Source: Pseudomonadota bacterium (GTDB lineage Bacteria > Pseudomonadota > Gammaproteobacteria > Xanthomonadales > Xanthomonadaceae). Taken from it: a stretch of 32,675 bases of DNA. Made by a program: the position numbers and the translations under genes. The DNA lies in contig JAEXNZ010000299.1 in NCBI GenBank assembly GCA_023439425.1, positions 1 to 32,675 on the forward strand, in the 5' to 3' direction. A model generated the notes under the pieces. It was given only the letters and a program-made list of their open reading frames with translations, was not told the DNA's origin and made no database searches. Positions 1 to 7,269 of this stretch are shown one piece after another. Position 1 is the first letter of the stretch. Each line of letters begins with the position of its first letter.

Positions 1-358
1 TGGTCAGGTACAGCTCGTTCTGCATGATGCGCTGCGAACCCAGCATGCCCATGTACTCGTCGGACACGTCCTGGTTGAACTTCTGTTTGTAGTGGCTCTT
101 GCCCTTGAGCGAACGGCGACGACGGATGTCGTGCGCCCAGAACGCCACGTTCACGAAGTCCGGCGCACGCAGGGTCTGCAGCAGCCGGTTGAAGGTGTTG
201 TGCTTGTGTTCCAGCTCCCACTCTTCGCGGCCCACGAACGGCAGCCCTTCCAGATGCCAGGTCAACAGGTAATCGCCGCCGGTCGTCTTGACCACGTTGG
301 TGGACACGTGTGACGACAGCGGGATGAATTCGGCAATGGAAGTGTCTGGGCTGAACAT
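1..358 (-). CDS. virB4: T4SS ATPase VirB4, N-terminal part (runs off the left edge)
   Basis: Not in the ORF track. Manual translation from ATG at 358 gives MFSPDTSIAEFIPLSSHVSTNVVKTTGGDYLLTWHLEGLPFVGREEWELEHKHNTFNRLLQTLRAPDFVNVAFWAHDIRRR..., a VirB4-type N-terminus directly downstream of virB3. Confidence 0.9.
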   Translation of the reverse strand, partial: MFSPDTSIAEFIPLSSHVSTNVVKTTGGDYLLTWHLEGLPFVGREEWELEHKHNTFNRLLQTLRAPDFVNVAFWAHDIRRRRSLKGKSHYKQKFNQDVSDEYMGMLGSQRIMQNELYLT

Positions 359-395
359 GACTGCATCAGTTTCCGATGGTGGGCGTTGCGGGGTT

Positions 396-430
396 GGAAT
401 GGCCCGGGCAGTGGCTGCCAGGGCCATTCC
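396..430. other. Intergenic stem-loop between virB3 and virB4
   Basis: GGAATGGCCCGGGCAG (396-411) / tgg / CTGCCAGGGCCATTCC (415-430): 16-bp inverted repeat with one mismatch, 5 nt past the virB3 stop, no U-tract on the coding strand. Confidence 0.75.
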
Positions 431-435
431 GGCAC

Positions 436-744
436 TCAATCCTTGCGTGCCGGGGTCTTGCGGTAGTGATTCGGGGTGAACACCCACATGCCGTCGTGGT
501 CTTTCACGTTGCGGGCCTTCAACTTGAACTGCAGGCGAAGGCCAATCAACCGGAAGATCATTTCGTCACGCTTGGCCATGTTGCGCATGATGAACACGGC
601 AACCGGAATGGACCCCAGGTACCAGAAGTTCGTGTACACGCTCAACAGGAACAGGCCACCCACGACGAAAAAGAACGGCACGTAGGGAACGCCCATGAAC
701 ATCGCTGGACGCGTACAACCTCGAAAAACGACGTTCTTATGCAC
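436..744 (-). CDS. virB3: T4SS inner-membrane protein VirB3
   Basis: 102 aa, GTG start overlapping the virB2 stop. VirB3-type motif FRGCTRPAMFMGVPY followed by two hydrophobic segments; lies between virB2 and virB4. Confidence 0.92.
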   Translation of the reverse strand: MHKNVVFRGCTRPAMFMGVPYVPFFFVVGGLFLLSVYTNFWYLGSIPVAVFIMRNMAKRDEMIFRLIGLRLQFKLKARNVKDHDGMWVFTPNHYRKTPARKD

Positions 745-1132
745 CGTAGTAGTTCAGAACGTTGTTCAGCATCGCGGTGCCCTGGCTGCAGGAGCTGCTG
801 CCACCTTCACCGCCCAGCAGCATGCTGGCGATCTGGCCGGCGGCACCGATCAGCAGACCACCGATCAGGATCGGGGCCACATCGGCAATACGCTTGTGGG
901 CGAAGGCGATCTGGTAGCCAGCGAAGATGACGGCGATGGTGACGACGGCGATCGAGGCGATGCTGAGCAGGCCGTTGATGCTTTCGAAGAAGCCGCACAC
1001 CTTCACATCGGTGCCGCCGAATTCCTGGGCGAACGCCGACGGGGCGAACAGCGCGCCAACGAAGGCGGTGGCCATCAGCACGGTCTTCAGGGTGCGCTGG
1101 GCGTTGACGAGGTCGAGATTGAATCGCTTCAT
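737..1132 (-). CDS. virB2: T4SS major pilin VirB2 (TrbC/VirB2 family)
   Basis: Start re-called at ATG 1132 (MKRFNLDLV..., 131 aa) after an AAGGA RBS. Signal peptide ends ...PSAFA/QE, then two hydrophobic helices separated by AGYQIAFAHKR. The 207-aa track ORF is over-extended into virB1. Confidence 0.9.
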   Translation of the reverse strand: MKRFNLDLVNAQRTLKTVLMATAFVGALFAPSAFAQEFGGTDVKVCGFFESINGLLSIASIAVVTIAVIFAGYQIAFAHKRIADVAPILIGGLLIGAAGQIASMLLGGEGGSSSCSQGTAMLNNVLNYYGA

Positions 1133-1205
1133 GGGTGGATATCCTTGTTGATGGGCTTGCATTACTGAAGTGGTCAATCGGGGGCTTGACCGTGCCGCGC
1201 CTTCA

Positions 1206-2156
1206 TCAGAAAACGAAGGCTGCATCCCCTGCGGGAACCGGTGGACCCGACGGCAGGGTTGCCGGCGGGGTGTACTGCGCGGGTGCCGAAACGGCCGGAA
1301 CCGGCGCATTGCGCTCGCTCCACGGTCGCAGCATGACGGGAGCTTCTGGACCGCCTGCATACGGTGCCGCCTGCTGCGGCATCGGTGCCTGCTGCACGGG
1401 CAGCTGCTGCGGCGCGGCGGCGGGCTGTGGCATCACCTTGTCCACGGCCCCCAGCACCACGCGCGACAAGGCCTGGTCCGCGGTGTTCAGCAGGCTGCCA
1501 CGGACGGCGTCCTTGGTTGACGGATACACCACGAAGGCACGCGCCGGATCGTCCGGCAGCGCCTGCGCATAGGCCGCCGCGACGGCGGGATTGGAGGCAA
1601 TGATCCGGCTCGGAGCCGGCGAATCAAACTGCGGATGGTGCTCGACCTTCACGCTGCGGCGCGAGGTACCGCGCGGCACCACGTCGATCGGGTTGGTTCC
1701 CCCCACCGCTGCCACACGCTGGCTGCGCTGGATGGAGTCGTAGATCTTCTGCACGTAGCCGTGGCGGAAGCCGGTGGTGAAGTTGCCGGAGTAGTAGCAG
1801 CTGAACGACTTGCCCCAATCCCCGCCGGAGCGCTTGTAGCACTCGGCCAGAATTCGCGAGCCGGCGACCAGGTTCTCGCACTGGCGGAAGGCTTTCTCGT
1901 AGGAGTCCAGACCGTACTTGGCCAGGTTGTAGCGATTTACCTGGGCCAGCCCGACCGAGAAGTTGTAGCCCTTCTCTTCCAGCATGCGCACGGTGGCCAG
2001 CGCTTCGTCCAGCTGCTTGGGCTGGCGCGCCAGCGCACCACCGACCACGCCGATTGCGAAGGGATTGCGCGAGGACTCCACGTTGATCACGTGCTGCATC
2101 ACGTCCATGGGCACGGCCATGTCCTGGCAGGCAGCGGCTTCGATTCCGGGAAGCAT
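1206..2156 (-). CDS. virB1: T4SS lytic transglycosylase VirB1
   Basis: 316 aa. SLT motifs VESSRNP (catalytic Glu), GLAQVN and SCYYSG; Pro/Ala/Gln-rich C-terminal half ending DAAFVF. Confidence 0.92.
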   Translation of the reverse strand: MLPGIEAAACQDMAVPMDVMQHVINVESSRNPFAIGVVGGALARQPKQLDEALATVRMLEEKGYNFSVGLAQVNRYNLAKYGLDSYEKAFRQCENLVAGSRILAECYKRSGGDWGKSFSCYYSGNFTTGFRHGYVQKIYDSIQRSQRVAAVGGTNPIDVVPRGTSRRSVKVEHHPQFDSPAPSRIIASNPAVAAAYAQALPDDPARAFVVYPSTKDAVRGSLLNTADQALSRVVLGAVDKVMPQPAAAPQQLPVQQAPMPQQAAPYAGGPEAPVMLRPWSERNAPVPAVSAPAQYTPPATLPSGPPVPAGDAAFVF

Positions 2157-3199
2157 CAGCCCTCCTGTCCCTGCGCACGGCCGGGATTGAAATCGATGCC
2201 GGTGATGTAACGCGAACCGGCGTGCGCCTTGATGTGCACGACGATATCGATGGTCATCATCAGCAGGCGCTTGATCACGTCGAACTCCAGGCCGGAGCCT
2301 TCGGTGGACGCCTTCACCATCAGTGCCAGCTGGTCCCAGGTCTGTTCCGGGCTGCCGGCGTGGCAGCTGGTGATGGAACCGGGGTGACCGGACGCGCAGT
2401 TACGGATGAAGTAGAACGCTTCATCGCCGCGCAACTCGGCGAGGATGATGCGTTCGGGCTTCATGCGCAGGCAGGCTTCCATGCAGCTCTTGGCAGTGAC
2501 GTTGCGGGTGCTCTGGCCACCCGTGGAATACAGCAGGTGAACCACATTGGGCTGGGTGAGGAACAGCTCGCGGGCGTCCTCGATGGTGACCAGCCGCTCG
2601 TTGTCCGGAATGTGATTGACCAACGCCTTCATGAACGTGGTCTTGCCGCTGCCGGTTGCACCGGAAACGACGATGTTCTTGCGGTACTTCACCGCGTGCC
2701 GGAAGAACTCGGCGTACTGCCTGCTGGCGCGCAGCTCCAGCAGTTCGCGGTCCTGTTCGCTCAGGCTGCCGTCCTGTTCCAGGATCTGGTTGAAGAAACC
2801 ATCCTCGTGGTACTGGCTCAGCGTTTTGGTGTGCTTGGACGGAAGACGGATGGTGATCGAGACCTTGCCGGCGTCACACGCCGGCGGGATCACGAACTGC
2901 GCACGCTGGCCGGTTGGGAACGTCAGCGACACCACCGGCTCAGCGTCGGTAATACGCTGACCGGTGATGCTTTCGTTCACCACCGCCGTGCCGAACTGCC
3001 GCGCCCGCTCGAAAGTGAGCGTCGGCACTTCCACGCGCTGCCACCCCTCCCGGGTTTCCAGGTACAGCTCGCCGGGACGGTTGATACAGATTTCCGTCAC
3101 GTCCGGCGAGCTCATGTACTCGGCAATTCCCAGCACTTCGTACTGATAGCGCAGGAAATCGCTGGAGACTTGGGCAATGGGGGCCACTTCTGCGTCCAT
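2156..3199 (-). CDS. virB11: T4SS traffic ATPase VirB11
   Basis: 347 aa. Walker A GATGSGKT, Asp box TIEDAREL, LRMKPERIILAELRG, His box SGHPGSITSCHA. Confidence 0.96.
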   Translation of the reverse strand: MDAEVAPIAQVSSDFLRYQYEVLGIAEYMSSPDVTEICINRPGELYLETREGWQRVEVPTLTFERARQFGTAVVNESITGQRITDAEPVVSLTFPTGQRAQFVIPPACDAGKVSITIRLPSKHTKTLSQYHEDGFFNQILEQDGSLSEQDRELLELRASRQYAEFFRHAVKYRKNIVVSGATGSGKTTFMKALVNHIPDNERLVTIEDARELFLTQPNVVHLLYSTGGQSTRNVTAKSCMEACLRMKPERIILAELRGDEAFYFIRNCASGHPGSITSCHAGSPEQTWDQLALMVKASTEGSGLEFDVIKRLLMMTIDIVVHIKAHAGSRYITGIDFNPGRAQGQEG

Positions 3200-3214
3200 G
3201 GTCAGGTCAATCCG

Positions 3215-4474
3215 TCAACGGCGTCCAAGAACCTGGGTGAAGTCGACGTCCTTGGCGACATAGACATTGATCCGCGTGCCCTGGTTGATGGTCACGGTCG
3301 GGCGCGGACGGTTGCTCAGCGCTTCGCCAGCCAGACGCTCCATCTGGCGCGCGGTGGCGCTTTCATACGGCGACTGCACGGCCATGCCACTGTTGGTCAC
3401 GGTGGTGGTTTCCGGGCCATGCTCGGCAGCGGCGTACTTGAAGGCATCGGCCAGCAGGCTGATCATCAGCGCCGAGGCAATGCGCTTGCCCCAATGCGCG
3501 CTGTACTGGCCCGGAAGGCCCGCGCCGCCCAGACCGTCGATACCCGGGCTGGACATCGCCACGTCGATACCGTTCGGGGTGGTGATGCGGTCCCAGATGA
3601 CTTCGACGCGATCACCCACCGGGCCACCGCCGTACGAACCGTAGATCTTGGACCCCTTCGGCAGCAGCAGGGTGCGGCCATTGATGGAGTAGACCGGTTC
3701 GGTCAGCAGGCACGAGGTGTAGCCGGCGTAGTCGGTGATGATGCGGGTTTCCAGGATGCAGCGCAGGTAGGTGCCGCGCACCAGCAGCGCATCCGGCGAG
3801 CGGATGAAGGACGCGTTGGACACGTCTTCCACATCCGGGCCACGCTGGACCTTGGCCGGAGCGGCCGGCGCACCGCCGCTGCTGGCCTGGATCGCGGCCA
3901 TCATCATCTTGTTGTATTCATCGTTCGGGTTCGGCGCGCCGTTGCCATCGCCACCGCCCACGCCACCACCGCCGCCAATGCGGCGGTCAAGCAGGCTGGG
4001 GCCACGATCGACTTCACGCTCAGCCGGCTCACGCGTATTGAAAGCGCTGACACGCTCCGGCTCACGCTCCGGCAGCGGCGGCAGCATCGGAATCGGCTGG
4101 GCCTCTTCCGTCGGCACCGGCGGAACCATCGCAGAAGTATCCGGACCCAGGCGCGGCATCTCCGGCGCGGAGGCACGGGTGGTTTCGGCCTGTTTCTTGA
4201 CCTCTTCGTCGGCGGTGCCCTTGCGGAACAGCAGGTAGCCCATGGCCACCAGCAGCACCAGAATGCCGCCCAGGAACGCCAGCGCCTTGCGGTTCAGGCG
4301 CTGCTCTTCGGCCGAACGCAGCTGCGGTGCCGCTGCGTCCAGGTTGGGAGCGGCCTGCGCCTGCGTGTTGCCGAAGTACGGGTTGGACGGATCGACGTTG
4401 TCGTGGCCGTACTGGCCCTGCCCTTCGTCGCGGTTGTCGTTCGGGTCGTTGCCCGGAGTGTTGTGCTGGGTCAT
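3215..4474 (-). CDS. virB10: T4SS core complex protein VirB10
   Basis: 419 aa. Single N-proximal TM, Pro-rich linker, TrbI/VirB10 domain (RGTYLRCILET, GIDGLGGAGLPG, PTVTINQGTRINVYVAKDVDF). Confidence 0.95.
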   Translation of the reverse strand: MTQHNTPGNDPNDNRDEGQGQYGHDNVDPSNPYFGNTQAQAAPNLDAAAPQLRSAEEQRLNRKALAFLGGILVLLVAMGYLLFRKGTADEEVKKQAETTRASAPEMPRLGPDTSAMVPPVPTEEAQPIPMLPPLPEREPERVSAFNTREPAEREVDRGPSLLDRRIGGGGGVGGGDGNGAPNPNDEYNKMMMAAIQASSGGAPAAPAKVQRGPDVEDVSNASFIRSPDALLVRGTYLRCILETRIITDYAGYTSCLLTEPVYSINGRTLLLPKGSKIYGSYGGGPVGDRVEVIWDRITTPNGIDVAMSSPGIDGLGGAGLPGQYSAHWGKRIASALMISLLADAFKYAAAEHGPETTTVTNSGMAVQSPYESATARQMERLAGEALSNRPRPTVTINQGTRINVYVAKDVDFTQVLGRR

Positions 4475-5250
4475 TTCTTCACGTTCCTTCGCAGGCCCAC
4501 AACGTTGTCGCCATGGCGGACAACCAGGTACGGGTAAGTACCGTGGACAATCAGGGTGTTGCCTTCCACGGTGGTGTTGACCACGTACTCCTCACCATAC
4601 TCCGCGTCACGGCCGAACACTGCCGGGAAAATACCGGTCTTGTACTCAGGCGAGTTCGGCAGCTTCACGTAGGTGAAACGGCTGTCGTCGTAGACGTTGA
4701 CCGGAATCAGCCAGCCCATCTTCTTCGGGCGGCGGGTCGAGTAGGAGTAGTCGAAGTTGTACTGACGGTCCTTGGCCAGCTCGGTGCTGAGCAGCGGCTT
4801 GGCCTCTTCCTCGACAGAGGTCTGGGCGATGCCGAATTCGGTATCGCTGGGATAGGTGAAGGCGATCTTGTACTGCACGCCGGCACGACGGGCCTGTTCC
4901 AGCTGACGCCAGTCGGTGGCCACGACCTTCAGTTCGAAGATGTACGAATGAGTTTCCGTGCGCACCATCATGTTGGTGTCCACGTCCACGTTCTTCGGCT
5001 TCAGATAGAAGACGTTCTCGCGGCGGGTCAGCTCCCAGCCACTGCTGAAGCCGGTGCTGTAATCGAGGATCTTCTCGTTCGGGCTCAGTTCGATCTGGGT
5101 GGTAAGGCCCAGGCCGGTGCGAACCGGATAGATGCGGTCCTGCTCATACTCGTAGTGATCGACCGCCTGCGCCGAAACGCCTGCGGAGAACATCAGCGAC
5201 AGCATTGACACGAAGGCCAATGCGCCTCCCTTTACCTTTCGACGACTCAT
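4471..5250 (-). CDS. virB9: T4SS core complex protein VirB9
   Basis: 259 aa. Signal peptide, IYPVRTGLGLTTQIEL, TNMMVRT, NFDYSY and VYDDSRFTY (VirB9/TrbG features); ATGA overlaps with both neighbours. Confidence 0.94.
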   Translation of the reverse strand: MSRRKVKGGALAFVSMLSLMFSAGVSAQAVDHYEYEQDRIYPVRTGLGLTTQIELSPNEKILDYSTGFSSGWELTRRENVFYLKPKNVDVDTNMMVRTETHSYIFELKVVATDWRQLEQARRAGVQYKIAFTYPSDTEFGIAQTSVEEEAKPLLSTELAKDRQYNFDYSYSTRRPKKMGWLIPVNVYDDSRFTYVKLPNSPEYKTGIFPAVFGRDAEYGEEYVVNTTVEGNTLIVHGTYPYLVVRHGDNVVGLRRNVKK

Positions 5251-6317
5251 CGGTTGCTTGCTCCATCAGCAGTTCCGGTGGAATTACCTTGTGCTGGCCT
5301 CATGGCCGGCTGCCCCTGCATCTGTTGTCCCGGCACGCCCGGCTGCGCCGGGTACCCGCCCTGCGGTGCCGGCTGGCCCGGGTACGGTTGGCCCTGCACC
5401 GGCTGCCCCGGTACGCCCTGACCCTGCGGGTAGCCCTGCGGCGGGACCGCCACCGGCTGCCCGGTGACCGGGTCGATGGCCGGGTTGGCAGCGGCCGCAG
5501 CGGCGGCGGCCTGCGCGGCCTGGTTGGCTTCGAACGCGGCCTGCTCGGACTGCTGCTGCAGCGCGGCGTCATCCGGGCCCGGAATGCCACGCGAGTAATC
5601 GTTGTCGACACGGTACTCGAACACTTCCATGCCCAGCGGATTGAGAATGCGTTCCTGCTCGTTCAGTGCCAGGCTCTTGTTGTATCGGAAGCGCATGGTC
5701 ACCAGCTGATTGTCAAGGTAATTGGTGGTGGCCTTGACCTTGTCGTAGACACTGCGCTGGATACGCACGGATGCACCGCGGAAGCCGCCGTTGGGCTGCG
5801 CTTCCAGCGGGGTGATGCTGAGGATCTTGACGCGGATCGCGCGTTCCTTGGAGTACATCGTGATCGGGTTCTGCGGGTTGTTGCCCGCGTAGCGCGCACG
5901 CACCGCGTCACTGACCGGCTTGGTCGACATCACGTGCACCAGCTGCCAGTCGCGCAGCCCCATCACCGCGAAGTCGTACGACTCACGTGCCATGACGTAC
6001 TGCGCCACATTGCTGCGGTTGATCGCGTCGCTGGCGGTGACGTCCTGGCCTTCAAACGTGCCCCTCAGGCGCGCCACCGTGGCGGTGCCGCTGTAGGCGT
6101 CGGCCATGACGATGAAGGGCACCTTCTCCTTGAGCGGCAACATGTAGTAGTAGCCACCGGCCAGCGCCAGCGACATCACCAGCGAGGCACCGGCCACCCA
6201 CCACGCGCGGCGTTCGCTGCGACGTGCCAGATCGGCCACGGTGACCTCATAGCTCACCGCCTTGGCGATGGCCTGGTCCACTTTGGGGCTGTTGCCTGCG
6301 TCCTTTTTTCGGAACAT
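5247..6317 (-). CDS. virB8: T4SS inner-membrane protein VirB8 with Gln/Pro/Gly-rich C-terminal extension
   Basis: Start probably ATG 6317 (MFRKKD..., 356 aa; 6326 is possible). RAWWVA + TM + LPLKEKVPF, YVMARESYD, NPLGMEVFEYRVD, then a low-complexity tail. Confidence 0.93.
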   Translation of the reverse strand: MFRKKDAGNSPKVDQAIAKAVSYEVTVADLARRSERRAWWVAGASLVMSLALAGGYYYMLPLKEKVPFIVMADAYSGTATVARLRGTFEGQDVTASDAINRSNVAQYVMARESYDFAVMGLRDWQLVHVMSTKPVSDAVRARYAGNNPQNPITMYSKERAIRVKILSITPLEAQPNGGFRGASVRIQRSVYDKVKATTNYLDNQLVTMRFRYNKSLALNEQERILNPLGMEVFEYRVDNDYSRGIPGPDDAALQQQSEQAAFEANQAAQAAAAAAAANPAIDPVTGQPVAVPPQGYPQGQGVPGQPVQGQPYPGQPAPQGGYPAQPGVPGQQMQGQPAMRPAQGNSTGTADGASNR

Positions 6318-6407
6318 GGAATTCATCCGTACTGCTGGAAGATCAATGGGCACGGCACCCCGGCATGCAGCGCCGGTAGCAACGCGTTCGTGAGCACCCG
6401 CAGGCGA

Positions 6408-6857
6408 TCAGCTTCCGTTGGACGCGGCGGCAGCAGGTGCCGACACGGTGGAAGCGGAGACCGACTGCACCACAATCTGATTGCCCACGATGGACACCGA
6501 CACGCCCTGCCCTGCATATGCGGCGCTGACATCGATCATCGCCTGCTGCGGGTTGGTGGTGGTGATGGTGGAAACCGCGCCGTACAGCGTGTAATCGGAG
6601 CTGAGGCGGTAGTCCAGGGTCATGCCCGAGTCCTTCGCCCAACGTTCGAGCATGGCCTTGAGCGTGCCGTCCATCGGCGAAGCCTGATAGACGTAGCTGG
6701 AATACAGCGGAATTTCCTGGGTGGTGTTGGCGAAACGATTCACCGGCTTCCAGCGGCCACCGAAATCCGGTGCCGGCTTGGTTGCACAACCGGCCAGCAT
6801 GACGGCGGCAGTGACCACGGCAACAACGCAACCCTTAGACAGAAACGCTTGCTTCAT
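6408..6857 (-). CDS. virB7: X-T4SS lipoprotein VirB7 with C-terminal N0-type domain
   Basis: 149 aa. Lipobox MLAG/C, then ATKPAPDFGGRWKPVNRF and a globular domain (DGTLKAMLERWAKDSGMTLDY). This long VirB7 form is diagnostic of Xanthomonadales T4SS. Confidence 0.92.
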   Translation of the reverse strand: MKQAFLSKGCVVAVVTAAVMLAGCATKPAPDFGGRWKPVNRFANTTQEIPLYSSYVYQASPMDGTLKAMLERWAKDSGMTLDYRLSSDYTLYGAVSTITTTNPQQAMIDVSAAYAGQGVSVSIVGNQIVVQSVSASTVSAPAAAASNGS

Positions 6858-7269
6858 ACGGACTTCCCTATGGCGTACGGAATAGCGGCTTTAACTCGGA
6901 GATTCAGAAAACGCGGTGGCGCGTCGGGCCCTGCTTCAGGCGCGACGTGCGATTGGTGCGTATCGGTACAACCGTGAAACACCTTTCAACGGTAAGACCG
7001 GGCCCCCGCCCCGTCTGATGTGCACACGCCCCGAACACCGGGTTCGGCCCCTGCGCTGCACACCTGCTCCGAGAAAAGCCATCCATGTTCCTCTTGACTA
7101 CTTCAGCACCTGGTTCCGGCGCTGTACTCAACTACAAGACACTGACGTGTAGAACGTCGATCACAAATACGATGCCACAGTTCAGCGTCAGGTCAATGTC
7201 AATCGCGACGAAATTTTTACATTTTCCGCCCCGTTTTGAGATGTGCGTCACATTGCTGTGCGCACACCG
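6858..7269 (-). promoter_or_regulatory. virB operon promoter / long structured 5' leader
   Basis: 412-bp non-coding gap. Minus-strand TTGACA at 7202-7197 and TTGACC at 7196-7191 (no convincing -10); hairpins at 6922-6947, 6971-6993 and 7031-7047; GGA motifs CAUGGAUG (7087-7080) and CAUAGGGAA (6872-6864). Confidence 0.6.
7234..7255. promoter_or_regulatory. CRP/Clp-like binding site
   Basis: tttTGAGAtgtgcgTCACAttg; minus strand TGTGA-N6-TCTCA, a 9/10 match to the TGTGA-N6-TCACA core. Confidence 0.5.

Noticed and set aside
2222..4537. 771-aa plus-strand ORF, and similar long ORFs at 5205-6977, 7243-8985, 12808-14703, 19735-21285 and 28721-30046
   Set aside because: Antisense shadows of well-supported minus-strand genes, expected with high-GC codon bias; no recognisable motifs.
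5300..5470. Repeated ccggctg/gccc units as a DNA repeat array or CRISPR
   Set aside because: Explained by the coding PGQP-type repeats of VirB8; no constant repeat-spacer structure.
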